Shown here piece after piece: positions 34,423-43,799 of a DNA stretch of 61,905 nucleotides. The DNA comes from an uncultured Thermoanaerobaculia bacterium (GTDB taxonomy: Bacteria; Acidobacteriota; Thermoanaerobaculia; Multivoradales; JAGPDF01): NCBI GenBank assembly GCA_964481735.1, contig CAYZWR010000005.1, positions 1 through 61,905 on the forward strand. Reading direction: 5' to 3'. The stretch's first letter is position 1. Each line of letters begins with the position of its first letter. Below the pieces are notes generated by a model. The model searched no databases. It saw only the letters and a program-made list of their open reading frames with translations, and had not been told where the DNA came from. The translations under genes and the position numbers were made by a program.

Positions 34423-36437
34423 TCGGGGAGGCGCTCGACGTCGACCCGCGCGTCGTTGAAACAGGCCGAGCCGCCGAGGTCGGCCAGGGTGTCCGGGGCG
34501 AGCGCGCAAGCGGTGGCGCCGTTCTCGGTCTGATGGCTCCACAGCCCCTTGGGGAGCACCACGACGCCGCGGCGCACCGCTGCGGAGAGTCGCGCTCGGC
34601 AGTGTACTTCGCCCAGGCCGTTGGCGACCCGGACCCGATCCCCGTCGGCGAGGCCACGTGCCGCGGCGTCGTCGGGATGGATCTCCAGGCGCGCCGGCTC
34701 GCGGCGCAGTTGACCGAAGGTCGAGCTGATCGTCTTGCCGGTCGCCGGCGAGATGAGCGCGAGCGGATGGGTGGCGTCGCCGGGGTCGGGTCGATAGGCA
34801 TAGAGGCCCGCCGGGGCCTCGCGATCCAGGGCCTCCGGGACGAGGTGGGCCTTGCGGTCCGGGGTGCGCGGGAAGACGTCGACGAACTGGATCGGCCGGT
34901 CCCCCGCCGCCGGGACGGCGTATCCGCCGTCGGCCAGCGCCGCCGCGAGCTCGTCGCCTCGCCCGCTGCTGGCGAGCAGGCGGCGCCGCACCTCGCCGAC
35001 GTCCGGCAGCTCGGCGCGCCGCGCGACGCCGGTGCGCACCGCGAGCTCGGCGAAGACGTCGTGGTTCGATCGCGCCTCGCCGACCGGCGGGATGACCGGC
35101 TCGCTGGCCTGCAGCACGAAGGCTCCGTAGCCCCGGGAGAGCTCGTGGTGCTCGAGGAAGGTGGTGGCGGGAAGCACGAGGTCGGCGTAGCGGGAAGTGT
35201 CGGTCGCCACCTGATCGAACACGACGGTGAAGAGGTCCTCACGCTCCAGGCCGCGTCGGACGGCGGTCTGATGGGGCGTGGTCATGAGCGCGTTCGAGTT
35301 GTAGACGAAGAGCACCCGGACCGGGGGCACCGCGGTGGGGGAGAGCGCCTCGCCCAGGCGGTTCATGTTGATCCGCCGGGTCGCCGGCTCGGGACCCGCG
35401 ATCGAGGAGCCGTCGAAGCTCCAGGCCGCGGAGTTCGACAGGGTGTAGCCGCCGCCGCGCACGCCGAACTTCCCGGCCACCGCCGGCAGGGCGAGGACTG
35501 CGGCCACCGCCGAACCGCCGTTGCGATTGCGCTCGAGTCCCCAGCCGCAGCGAATCACCGCCGGCGAGGTCTCGGCATAGAGCGCCGCGAAGCGCGCGAG
35601 ATCGGCGGCGGAGACGCCGGCGATCTCGGCGGCACGCGCGAAGGTCCAGGCGGCGGCGCGCTCCTGCAGCGCCTCGACACCGGTGGCGTGCGCGGCGAGG
35701 AACGCCCGGTCGGAGCGGCCACTGGCGAACAGCTCGCGCAGCAGCGACAGGGCGACCGCGACGTCGGTTCCCGGACGGGGCGCGAGGTGCAGGTCGGCCT
35801 CGGCGGCGAGCGGAATCCGGCGCGGATCCACGACCACCAGCCGCGCCCCGGCGCGGCGCGCTGCGCGCACGATCGGCACCAGGTGGATTCCCGAGGCCGA
35901 CGGATTGCAGCCCCAGAGCACGATCAGGCGGGCGTGCACGTAGTCGGAGAGGGCGACCCCCTCCATCTTGCCGTAGAGCCCGAGCGCGGCGCGCCCGGTG
36001 GCCGCCGCGCAGACCGTGCGTGCCAGGCGGGAGGCTCCGAGACGGCGGAAGAGCAGCGCGTCGACGGTGTCCTGGCTGAGCAGGCCGTTCGAGCCGCCAT
36101 AGGAGTAAGGCAGGATCGACTCGCCGCCGTCGCTCTCGCGAGCCGCGAGCAGGCGCTCGGCGGCGAGATCGAGCGCCTCGTTCCAGTCGATCGGCACGAA
36201 GCGTCCCTCGCCCTTGGCACCCACGCGGCGCAGCGGTCGCGTCAGACGCTGCGGACCGTAGAGGTGCGCCGGGAAATCCCGGACCTTGGAGCAGATGAAG
36301 CCGGCGGTGAGCGGATTGCGATCGCTGGCGCCGGCGAGCTTGACGACCCGTCCGGCTTCGACCGTCACCTCGAGACTGCAGGCGTCCGGACAGTCCAGCG
36401 GGCAGGCGGAGCGGCGCAGCTGGGTCGGGCCGGTCAT
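34419..36437 (-). CDS. Molybdopterin (MopB superfamily) oxidoreductase catalytic subunit; substrate unknown
   Basis: Start at MTGPTQLRRSACPLDCPDACSLEV, the N-terminal 4Fe-4S motif CxxxCxxxC...C, followed by molybdopterin-binding and C-terminal beta-barrel regions. There is a 1-nt gap to the upstream SDR gene. Confidence 0.85.
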   Translation of the reverse strand: MTGPTQLRRSACPLDCPDACSLEVTVEAGRVVKLAGASDRNPLTAGFICSKVRDFPAHLYGPQRLTRPLRRVGAKGEGRFVPIDWNEALDLAAERLLAARESDGGESILPYSYGGSNGLLSQDTVDALLFRRLGASRLARTVCAAATGRAALGLYGKMEGVALSDYVHARLIVLWGCNPSASGIHLVPIVRAARRAGARLVVVDPRRIPLAAEADLHLAPRPGTDVAVALSLLRELFASGRSDRAFLAAHATGVEALQERAAAWTFARAAEIAGVSAADLARFAALYAETSPAVIRCGWGLERNRNGGSAVAAVLALPAVAGKFGVRGGGYTLSNSAAWSFDGSSIAGPEPATRRINMNRLGEALSPTAVPPVRVLFVYNSNALMTTPHQTAVRRGLEREDLFTVVFDQVATDTSRYADLVLPATTFLEHHELSRGYGAFVLQASEPVIPPVGEARSNHDVFAELAVRTGVARRAELPDVGEVRRRLLASSGRGDELAAALADGGYAVPAAGDRPIQFVDVFPRTPDRKAHLVPEALDREAPAGLYAYRPDPGDATHPLALISPATGKTISSTFGQLRREPARLEIHPDDAAARGLADGDRVRVANGLGEVHCRARLSAAVRRGVVVLPKGLWSHQTENGATACALAPDTLADLGGSACFNDARVDVERLPD

Positions 36438-36438
36438 C

Positions 36439-37257
36439 TCAGACGAAGAAGTCCGGAAGCAGTGGTTGGCCGGGCTCGACGGCATAGCGCTCGAGATCGG
36501 TCACTCCCGCGCGCGCCAGGACCTCGTCGTCGAGGAAGAAGTTGCCGGTGCACTCGCGCGCCGGCTGGGTGAGGATCCAGTAGGCGGCGTCGGCGAGGAT
36601 CTCGGGCCGCCGGGTGTTGCGCGACGAGACCACGCCGCCGAGCATGGCGAGCGCCGCGGTGTCGATCGCGGTGCGCGGCCAGAGGGCATTGAAGGCGATA
36701 CCCCGATCGCGGAACTCCTCGGCCATGCCGAGCACGCACATCGACATGCCGTACTTCGCCATGGTGTAGGCGACGTGACCGGCGAACCAGCGGCTCTCCA
36801 GGTTGAGCGGCGGCGAGAGGTTGAGCACGTGCGGATTCTCCGCCGCGATCAGCGCCGGCAGGCAGGCGCGCGAGCAGAGGTAGGTGCCGCGCACGTTGAC
36901 GCTGAACATGAGATCGAAACGCTTCATCGGGGTCTCGAGCGTGCCGCTCAGCCCGATCGCCGAGGCGTTGTTGATCAGGATGTCGATGCCGCCGAAGTGG
37001 CGCCGGGCGTGCTCGACCGCGGCCTCGACCTGCTCCTCGGAGCGGATGTCGGTGGGGATGGCGAGGGCCTGCCCCCCGGCCGCCTCGATCTCCTCGGCCG
37101 CCGTGTAGATCGTCCCGGGCAGCTTCGGATGCGGCTCGGTGGTCTTGGCGAGGATCACGAGATTGGCACCGTCGCGCGCCGCGCGCTTGGCGATCGCCAA
37201 GCCGATGCCGCGCGACGCACCGGTGATCAGCAGGGTCTTGCCGCTCAGGGGGGCCAT
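36439..37257 (-). CDS. SDR-family NAD(P)-dependent oxidoreductase
   Basis: TGASRGIG cofactor motif, NNAS, and the YTMAK (YxxxK) catalytic motif. Confidence 0.9.
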   Translation of the reverse strand: MAPLSGKTLLITGASRGIGLAIAKRAARDGANLVILAKTTEPHPKLPGTIYTAAEEIEAAGGQALAIPTDIRSEEQVEAAVEHARRHFGGIDILINNASAIGLSGTLETPMKRFDLMFSVNVRGTYLCSRACLPALIAAENPHVLNLSPPLNLESRWFAGHVAYTMAKYGMSMCVLGMAEEFRDRGIAFNALWPRTAIDTAALAMLGGVVSSRNTRRPEILADAAYWILTQPARECTGNFFLDDEVLARAGVTDLERYAVEPGQPLLPDFFV

Positions 37258-37263
37258 GGCGCG

Positions 37264-37269
37264 ATCCTA
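37264..37269 (-). promoter_or_regulatory. -10-like box TAGGAT (minus strand), 6 nt upstream of the SDR ATG
   Basis: The plus strand reads ATCCTA. There is no Shine-Dalgarno sequence between the box and the ATG at 37257-37255. Confidence 0.35.
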
Positions 37270-37291
37270 CCCTCGTCGAGCCGCCGCCGGT

Positions 37292-37300
37292 TGCTAGAGT
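37292..37300 (+). promoter_or_regulatory. Extended -10 element TGCTAGAGT, 8 nt upstream of the lhr ATG
   Basis: TGn plus a TAnnnT hexamer. There is no Shine-Dalgarno sequence before the ATG at 37309. Confidence 0.4.
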
Positions 37301-37308
37301 CGCCGGCG

Positions 37309-40300
37309 ATGGGCTTGGAGCACTTCGACCCTCGGATCCGCGCGTGGTTCGCCGCGCGCTACGGCGTGCCGACGGCGGTCCAGCGAGCGGCCTGGGGGCC
37401 GATTGCCGCCGGCGAGCACGTGCTCGTGACCGCGCCCACCGGCAGCGGCAAGACCCTCACCGCATTCCTCTGGGCGCTCGACCGGCTGGCCACGGGCGCG
37501 TGGGAAGGGGGCACCACGCGCGTGCTCTACGTCTCGCCGCTCAAGGCGCTCAACGCCGACATCGAACGCAACCTGATCGAGCCGCTGGCGGGCATCGGCG
37601 AGGCGTTCGCCGCGAGCGGCAGCGCGCTGCCGCCGATCCGCGTCGCGGTGCGCAGCGGCGACACCCCGCCGGCGGAGCGGCAGCGGATCGTGCGGCGCCG
37701 CCCGGAGATCCTGATCACCACGCCGGAGAGCCTCAACCTCCTCCTGCTCGCGCGGGGCGGCGCGGCGCTCTTCGCGGGCCTGCGCACGGTGATCCTCGAC
37801 GAGGTGCACGCGGTCGCCGGGAGCAAGCGGGGCACCCATCTGGTGACCGCGGTCGATCGACTGGTGCTCGCCTGCGGCGAGATCCAGCGCATCGCGATCT
37901 CGGCGACCGTCCGACCGCTCGACCGGGTCGCGGCCTGGGTGGGCGGCTATCGCCTGGAGCGCGGCGCCGGGGGTGAGCCGCGCTACGTGGCGCGCCCGGT
38001 GCGCGTCGTCGCGGTCCGGTCGGAGAAACGCTACGCCCTCGCGGTCCGCCGGGTGGCGCCCGAGCAGGGCGCAGAGGAGCGGCGCGGCAGCGAAGCGCTG
38101 TGGACCGCCCTCGCCGAGGAGCTTCGAGCGCGCATCGGCGAGCTGCGCTCGACGCTGGTGTTCACCAACAGCCGCCGGATGGCGGAGAAGATGACCCGCC
38201 TGGTGAACGACGCGGCCGGCCGCGAGCTCGCCTGGTCGCACCACGGATCGTTGGCGCGTGAGCTGCGCACCGCGGTCGAGCAGCGCCTGAAGGAGGGACG
38301 CCTGCCGGCCCTGGTCGCGACCAGCTCGCTCGAGCTCGGCATCGACGTGGGGGCGCTCGACCGGGTCCTGCTGTTGCAGTCACCGCGCTCGTTCGCCTCG
38401 ACGACGCAGCGCATCGGGCGCGCCGGGCACCGGGTCGGGGAGGTTAGCCGGGCGATTCTCTACCCGCTCCACCCGCGGGACTTTCTCGACTGCGCGGTGG
38501 CCGCGCAGGCGGTGCTCGCGGGAGACCTCGAGCCGCTCCGTTTCCCGCGCGCGCCGCTCGACGTGCTGGCGCAGGTCGTGCTCGCGCTGGTGGCGCACGA
38601 GAGCTGGCGGCTCGACGACCTCTACGCCTTCGTGCGCACCAGCGAGCCCTATCACGAGCTGCCGCGTCACCATTTCGACCTCCTGCTCGAGATGCTCGCC
38701 GGGCGGTACGCGGAGGCGAGACTGCCGGAGCTGCGCCCGCGGCTGGCGATCGACCGTCTGGACGGAACGGTGCGCGGCCGCCCAGGGAGCGCGCGGCTGC
38801 TCGCCCAGGCCGGGGGCACGATTCCCGACCGCGGCTACTTCCAGATCCGGCTGGCGGAATCGCGCGCCCGCCTGGGGGAGCTCGACGAGGAGTTCGTCTG
38901 GGAGCGCTCGATCGGCGATACCTTCACCCTCGGCGCGCAGAGCTGGCGCATCCAGCAGATCACCGCCCACGACGTGCTGGTCTCGCCGGCCCGCGGCGGC
39001 GCCTCGCTCGCCCCCTTCTGGCGGGCCGACGCCAGCGACCGCGGGGCCTATTTCTCGCGCCGGGTCTCGGAGCTCCTCGAGCGGCTCGATGCCCGGCTCG
39101 ACGATCCTCGCGCGGTGGATCTCCTGGTTACGGAGCACGCGCTCGAACCGGCCGCGGCGCAGGAGCTGCTCGAGCTGCTGCGCGCCGAACGCGCGGCGCT
39201 CGGGGTCGGGCTGCCGCATGCGCGCCACCTGGTGTGGGAGGAGTGTCCGGCTCCCGGCGAGGGGCGGGAGCTGCTGCCGGGCCGGACGCAGGCGCTGCTC
39301 TTCACCTTCTGGGGAGGAACGGTGAATCGTCCGCTGGCCTTGGCGCTCGCCGCGGCCTGGCAGGAGGAGACCGGTGAAGCGCTGGAGGTGCAGAGCGACG
39401 ACGACGCCGTTCTGCTGCAGCTTCCGACCGGCACCGACCCGATCCGGCTGCTGCGGGCCGTCGAGCCCGACCGCCTGGAGTCGCTGCTGCGCCAGCGGCT
39501 GGAGGGCTCCGGCTACTTCGGGGCGCGCTTCCGGCAGAACGCGCAACGCGCCCTGCTGCTGCCCCGCGCGGCGCCCGGCCGGCGGACTCCCCTCTGGCTG
39601 TCGCGCGAGAACGCCAAACGGCTGCTCGCCTCGACGGCGGCTCACGACGACTTCCCGCTCACCCTGGAGACCTGGCGTGAGTGTCTGCAGGACGACTTCG
39701 AGCTGGGTGAGCTGCGCGGACACCTGGAGGCGTTGCAGCGCGGCGAGACGCGGGTGAGCCGGGTCCGCGTCGAGCGACCATCGCCGTTCGCGGCCAACCT
39801 GGTCTGGCGACGGGTGAACGAGCTGATGTACGCCAACGACACGCCGGAAGGCGGCGGCGCCGCAGCGCTGCGCCCCGACCTGGTCAGCGAGGTCGCGCTC
39901 GCTGCGGAGGATCGTCCGCAGCTCGCCGAGGATCTGGTCGAGCGTTATCGGCGCAAGGTGCAACGCCTCCTCCCGGGGTATCCGCCGGCGAGCGCGGAGG
40001 AACTGCTGGAGTGGGTGAAGGAGCGTCTCGCCCTGCCGCGCGACGAGTGGCGGGAGCTGCTGGACGCGCTCGACCGCGAGGCGGCGGGGAGCGGGGCGCG
40101 GCTGGCCGCCGAGCTCGTCGCGCAGGGGAAGCTCGTCGAGCTCGCGAGCCCGTCCGGCGAGCCCTGCTGGATCGCCCGCGAATCAACCGCGCGGCTCGAG
40201 GCGGCCGGCTGGGGCGCGGGGAGAGTCGAGTCCGCGCCGGCTCTGGCGGCGGTCGTTCACGAGTGGCTGCGTCACCACCCGCCGCTCGATCGGAGGCGAG

Positions 40301-41733
40301 TCGAGGCGATCTGGGGCACGGGCGAGGAGGTCACCGGGTCACTCGACGGCCTGCGCTCGGCGGCGCGCCTGATCGTCGGGCGACTGATCGCCGGCCGAAC
40401 GGAGGAGCAGATCGCCACGGTCGAGTGCGTCGCCACGCTGTTGCGCTGGCGACGGGCGGCGGCGCGCTCGGATCTCGCGCCCCGGCCGCTCGCCGAGCTG
40501 CCGCTCTTCCTCGCCGAGTGGCAGGGTCTCACCGCGCCGGCCGCCGACGGCGGTGCGCTCCCCGCGACGCTCGAGCGGCTCTTCGGTTTCCCCGCGCCGG
40601 CGGCGCTGTGGGAGAGCGACCTCCTGCCGGCCCGCTTCGAGCACTATCAACCGGCGTGGCTCGATGCCCTGGCGCGCGACAGCGACCTCCTCTGGTTCGG
40701 CACCGGCGAGCGGCGGATCGCCTTCGCCCTGGCCGGCGATCTCGATCTGTTTCTCGCGCCGCCGCCTGTCGGCGAGCTCGACGCCGACGCGGAGATGGTG
40801 CGCTCCTTCCTCGCGTCGAGCCCCCACGGGCTCGAGCTGCTGGAGCTCGTGGAACGAAGCGGTCTCGACAGCGCTCGGACGCTCGCCGCGCTCTGGCGCC
40901 TGGTGTGGGAGGGCGCCGTGACGCACGAAGGGTTGCAGACGTTGCGCCAGGGCATCGCGAACGACTTCAGGGCTTCGGCGCCGGCCGGGGCGACGGTGGT
41001 CCCGGCGGCGCGCGGTGGTCGGCGGGCGCTCTTTCGGACCTGGCAGGGGAGCCGGACCTTTTCCGGGCGGTGGCGCGGTCTCGCCGTCGCGGCGCCGGCG
41101 GGCGATCCGCTGGCCGAGGAAGAGCGTCAACGGGAGCGGGCCCGGCTCCTGCTCGATCGGCATGGGGTGCTCTTTCGCGAGCTGGTGGCCGGCGAGCTCC
41201 CGGTCCTGGGCTGGGGGCGCCTGGCCCGCGCCCTGCGGACGCTCGAGCTCGCCGGGGAGGTGGTCGCCGGCCACTTCTTCGCCGGCATCCCCGGGCTGCA
41301 GTTCGCCTCGCCGGCGGCGGTGCGCAGGCTGCAGGAGCCCACCGCCCGCGGCGCCATCTGGTGGTGCTCGGCACTCGATCCGGCGTCGCTCTGCGGGATC
41401 GATCTCCCGGAGCTGAAGAGCGCTCTGCCGCGGCGCACGGCGTCGAGCCACCTGGTCTACCGGGGCAGCGAGCTGGTTCTCGTGGCGCGGCGCGGCGGCC
41501 GGGAGCTGACCTTCGCCACCTCGCCCGCCGACCCCGGGCTGAGCGAGCTGGTGCGCCCGTTGCGGGTGGCCCTGACGCGCGCCGTGGCGCCGCTCGCGGC
41601 GATCGAAGTCGAGGCGATCAACGGGGAACCGGCGGACCAGAGCGCCTATCGCGCCGCCTTTGCCGGCTTCTCGACGACCCGCGAGATGGGGCGCCTGCGT
41701 CTGCGCCGGCAGTACCGTGACGGCGGAGAATGA
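37309..41733 (+). CDS. lhr: Lhr-like large ATP-dependent DEAD/DEAH-box helicase (1474 aa)
   Basis: Start at MGLEHFDPRIRAWFAARYGVPTAVQRAAW. Walker A APTGSGKT, DEVH box, SATV, and HHGSLARELR, followed by a long C-terminal extension as in Lhr. The first 341 codons of ORF 36286-41733 are antisense to the SDR gene. Confidence 0.85.
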   Translation: MGLEHFDPRIRAWFAARYGVPTAVQRAAWGPIAAGEHVLVTAPTGSGKTLTAFLWALDRLATGAWEGGTTRVLYVSPLKALNADIERNLIEPLAGIGEAFAASGSALPPIRVAVRSGDTPPAERQRIVRRRPEILITTPESLNLLLLARGGAALFAGLRTVILDEVHAVAGSKRGTHLVTAVDRLVLACGEIQRIAISATVRPLDRVAAWVGGYRLERGAGGEPRYVARPVRVVAVRSEKRYALAVRRVAPEQGAEERRGSEALWTALAEELRARIGELRSTLVFTNSRRMAEKMTRLVNDAAGRELAWSHHGSLARELRTAVEQRLKEGRLPALVATSSLELGIDVGALDRVLLLQSPRSFASTTQRIGRAGHRVGEVSRAILYPLHPRDFLDCAVAAQAVLAGDLEPLRFPRAPLDVLAQVVLALVAHESWRLDDLYAFVRTSEPYHELPRHHFDLLLEMLAGRYAEARLPELRPRLAIDRLDGTVRGRPGSARLLAQAGGTIPDRGYFQIRLAESRARLGELDEEFVWERSIGDTFTLGAQSWRIQQITAHDVLVSPARGGASLAPFWRADASDRGAYFSRRVSELLERLDARLDDPRAVDLLVTEHALEPAAAQELLELLRAERAALGVGLPHARHLVWEECPAPGEGRELLPGRTQALLFTFWGGTVNRPLALALAAAWQEETGEALEVQSDDDAVLLQLPTGTDPIRLLRAVEPDRLESLLRQRLEGSGYFGARFRQNAQRALLLPRAAPGRRTPLWLSRENAKRLLASTAAHDDFPLTLETWRECLQDDFELGELRGHLEALQRGETRVSRVRVERPSPFAANLVWRRVNELMYANDTPEGGGAAALRPDLVSEVALAAEDRPQLAEDLVERYRRKVQRLLPGYPPASAEELLEWVKERLALPRDEWRELLDALDREAAGSGARLAAELVAQGKLVELASPSGEPCWIARESTARLEAAGWGAGRVESAPALAAVVHEWLRHHPPLDRRRVEAIWGTGEEVTGSLDGLRSAARLIVGRLIAGRTEEQIATVECVATLLRWRRAAARSDLAPRPLAELPLFLAEWQGLTAPAADGGALPATLERLFGFPAPAALWESDLLPARFEHYQPAWLDALARDSDLLWFGTGERRIAFALAGDLDLFLAPPPVGELDADAEMVRSFLASSPHGLELLELVERSGLDSARTLAALWRLVWEGAVTHEGLQTLRQGIANDFRASAPAGATVVPAARGGRRALFRTWQGSRTFSGRWRGLAVAAPAGDPLAEEERQRERARLLLDRHGVLFRELVAGELPVLGWGRLARALRTLELAGEVVAGHFFAGIPGLQFASPAAVRRLQEPTARGAIWWCSALDPASLCGIDLPELKSALPRRTASSHLVYRGSELVLVARRGGRELTFATSPADPGLSELVRPLRVALTRAVAPLAAIEVEAINGEPADQSAYRAAFAGFSTTREMGRLRLRRQYRDGGE

Positions 41734-41832
41734 GCTTTTCCGCTCTCCCCGACGGGGGGACTTGGTAGGCTCGCGGCCGAGCTGCGAACCGCTGCGGCCC
41801 GCGTCCGCGGTGGACAACCACAGGAGAGCGTC

Positions 41833-42351
41833 ATGCACAGAGGACTCTGGCTCGTCATCGTCGCCGTGGCCGTCGCTCTGGCGCCCGCGCCAGCCTCGGC
41901 AGGGGAGCATCGCCTGGGCTTCGGAGTGCATTACTGGAAGACGGTGGACGAGATCGCGGACGAGCTGCCCGACTTCGAGATCGACGACGATGGCCTGACG
42001 GGGGTGGTCTCCTACCAGTACGTCGCCGGGTTCATCCGCTTCGAGGCCGCGGCCGAGTACTTCGAGAGCGGGTTCCAGGGCTCGGATGCCTGGGCCGTCT
42101 CGCCGCAGGTCTACGTGCTGGCCGGGAGGGGCTTCTACGGCGGCGTGGGGATGGGCGTGACTTACTCGGACTTCGTCGACGGGGACTGGTCCGACCCCTA
42201 TTTCATCGCCAAGGTCGGCATCGACCTGCTGATCCTGCCCAAGGTCCACCTCGACATCAACGGCGACTATCGATTCGCCGAGTGGGAGCAGCTCGACGAC
42301 TACGACACGGATACGATCACAATGGGAGCGACGGTTCGCTTCACCTTCTGA
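41833..42351 (+). CDS. Small outer-membrane beta-barrel protein
   Basis: Signal peptide MHRGLWLVIVAVAVALAPAPASA, alternating hydrophobic beta-strand pattern, and a C-terminal ...TVRFTF ending in an aromatic residue. Confidence 0.65.
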   Translation: MHRGLWLVIVAVAVALAPAPASAGEHRLGFGVHYWKTVDEIADELPDFEIDDDGLTGVVSYQYVAGFIRFEAAAEYFESGFQGSDAWAVSPQVYVLAGRGFYGGVGMGVTYSDFVDGDWSDPYFIAKVGIDLLILPKVHLDINGDYRFAEWEQLDDYDTDTITMGATVRFTF

Positions 42352-42361
42352 GGAGGTTGGC

Positions 42362-42787
42362 ATGGCACTGCGCAAGGCTTCCGCCGTCTGGAACGGCGGA
42401 CTGCAGGACGGTCAGGGAACTGTGCGGCTGGGCAGCGGCGCCTTCGAGGGGCGCTATTCGTTCGCCTCGAGATTCGAGGAGGGGTCGGGGACGAATCCGG
42501 AGGAGCTGATCGGCGCCGCCCATGCCGGCTGCTTCTCGATGGCTCTCGCCGCCGGCCTGGGCCGCGCCGGCTTCGCGCCCAGGCGCGTCTCGACCGAGGC
42601 CAAGGTGCACCTGGTCAAGGGCGAGGCGGGCTTCGCGATCTCGCGCGTCGACCTCGATTGCGTCGCCGAGGTCCCGGGGATCTCGGCCGAGGCCTTCGCC
42701 GAGCAGGCCGAGGCGGCGAAGAAGGGCTGTCCGGTCTCCAAGGCTCTCGCCGCCATCGAGATCGTCCTCAACGCGCGCCTGAGCTGA
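42362..42787 (+). CDS. osmC: OsmC-family peroxiredoxin
   Basis: 141 aa. GTNPEELIGAAHAGCFSMAL and AAKKGCPVSKAL carry the two conserved OsmC cysteines. Confidence 0.9.
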   Translation: MALRKASAVWNGGLQDGQGTVRLGSGAFEGRYSFASRFEEGSGTNPEELIGAAHAGCFSMALAAGLGRAGFAPRRVSTEAKVHLVKGEAGFAISRVDLDCVAEVPGISAEAFAEQAEAAKKGCPVSKALAAIEIVLNARLS

Positions 42788-42788
42788 A

Positions 42789-43298
42789 GTGCACCGCTCG
42801 CTCTGGCGTTGGGCGGCTGTCGCGCTGCTCGCCGCCGGCGCCTGGGCGGGTCTGCGCTGGTGGTCGAGCGATGCTCGCCGCATCGGAGCGGCGCTCGATG
42901 CGCTCGAGGAGGCGGCGGAGAAGTCGGGCCCGGAGAGCGATCTCGTCCGCCTCGCCAAGGCCCGAGAGCTCCTGGCGCGCTTCGCTCCGGGATTCGTCGT
43001 CTTCGCGCGGCCCTACGCCGGCACCATCACCGATCGGCAACAGCTCGCCGCGGTGGTCGAGCGGTACCGCTCGACCGCGAGCCGGGTCGCGGTCTCCGAC
43101 CGCGACCGCCAGCTCGAGGTGCGGGACAACGGTACTGCGGAGCTCGTCTGCGTGCTGCGGGTCGACGGTCTGCGGGACGTGGGCCCGGGGCGCGAGACGT
43201 TTCGGGTGCGCATCGGGTGGCGCCGGGAGGGCGGCGACTGGCTGATCCAGGAAGTCGAGATCCTCGAGGTCCTGGAGACGTCCGGGCTGTTCGGCTGA
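42789..43298 (+). CDS. Hypothetical membrane-anchored protein, possibly NTF2-like fold
   Basis: GTG start 1 nt after the osmC stop, an N-terminal TM segment, and a C-terminal ...WRREGGDWLIQEVEILEV reminiscent of SnoaL/NTF2-like proteins. The assignment is weak. Confidence 0.5.
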   Translation: MHRSLWRWAAVALLAAGAWAGLRWWSSDARRIGAALDALEEAAEKSGPESDLVRLAKARELLARFAPGFVVFARPYAGTITDRQQLAAVVERYRSTASRVAVSDRDRQLEVRDNGTAELVCVLRVDGLRDVGPGRETFRVRIGWRREGGDWLIQEVEILEVLETSGLFG

Positions 43299-43311
43299 GC
43301 CGGCTCGGGCT

Positions 43312-43791
43312 TCAGATCCACCAGGCGAGGGCGAACAGCCCGACCATCAGGAAGACCAGCGCGATCTTCGCGGCGGCGGCGAGGAGCAGCGCGACGAAGG
43401 TCGCCAAGCCGACGCGGGCGGCGCGCGCCACTTCGCGCCGCGCCAGCCACTCGCCGCCGACCGCTCCGAGCAGCGGACCCAGGAGCAGGCCGGCGAAACC
43501 GAAGAAGAGCCCGGCGATCGTGCCGAGGGCCGCTCCGGCGATCGCCCAGGGGCTCGCCCCGATCCGTCGCGCGCCGACCATGCCGGCCGCGAGGTCGATC
43601 GCCATCGCGGCCAGGGTGAGCAGCGCGAGGACGAGCAGGGTCGGCCAGCCGACGCGCTCGAAGCGGTCGGCGGCGGCCGCCAGCACCAGTCCGACGAAGA
43701 CCATGGGGGCCCCGGGCAGGGCGGGAAGCACCGTGCCGGCGATACCGAGCGCCACCAGGAGTGTGGCGACGACCCAGAAGAGAGGTTCCAC
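43312..43791 (-). CDS. DUF456-family small membrane protein
   Basis: GTG start giving VEPLFWVVATLLVALGIAGTVLPALPGAPMVFVGL. It has four hydrophobic segments and lies 8 nt downstream of the GH38 stop. Confidence 0.7.
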   Translation of the reverse strand: MEPLFWVVATLLVALGIAGTVLPALPGAPMVFVGLVLAAAADRFERVGWPTLLVLALLTLAAMAIDLAAGMVGARRIGASPWAIAGAALGTIAGLFFGFAGLLLGPLLGAVGGEWLARREVARAARVGLATFVALLLAAAAKIALVFLMVGLFALAWWI

Positions 43792-43799
43792 GGCGGAGC

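Noticed and set aside
36286-37308. N-terminal 341-codon extension of the lhr ORF. Analogous extensions are 13592-14167 on the cyclase-like gene and 21362-22282 on the lipoprotein gene
   Set aside because: The extensions are antisense to well-supported genes (the SDR gene; the GT2 gene; the zinc-ribbon and PilZ genes) and are compositionally non-protein-like. Conserved N-terminal motifs begin at the internal Met codons I chose.
37309-41733. The large helicase as part of a defence island (Hachiman/Gabija/Zorya-like)
   Set aside because: Its motifs, length and long C-terminal extension fit the housekeeping DNA-repair helicase Lhr. No partner genes typical of defence systems are adjacent; the neighbours are an SDR, a molybdoenzyme, an OMP and OsmC.
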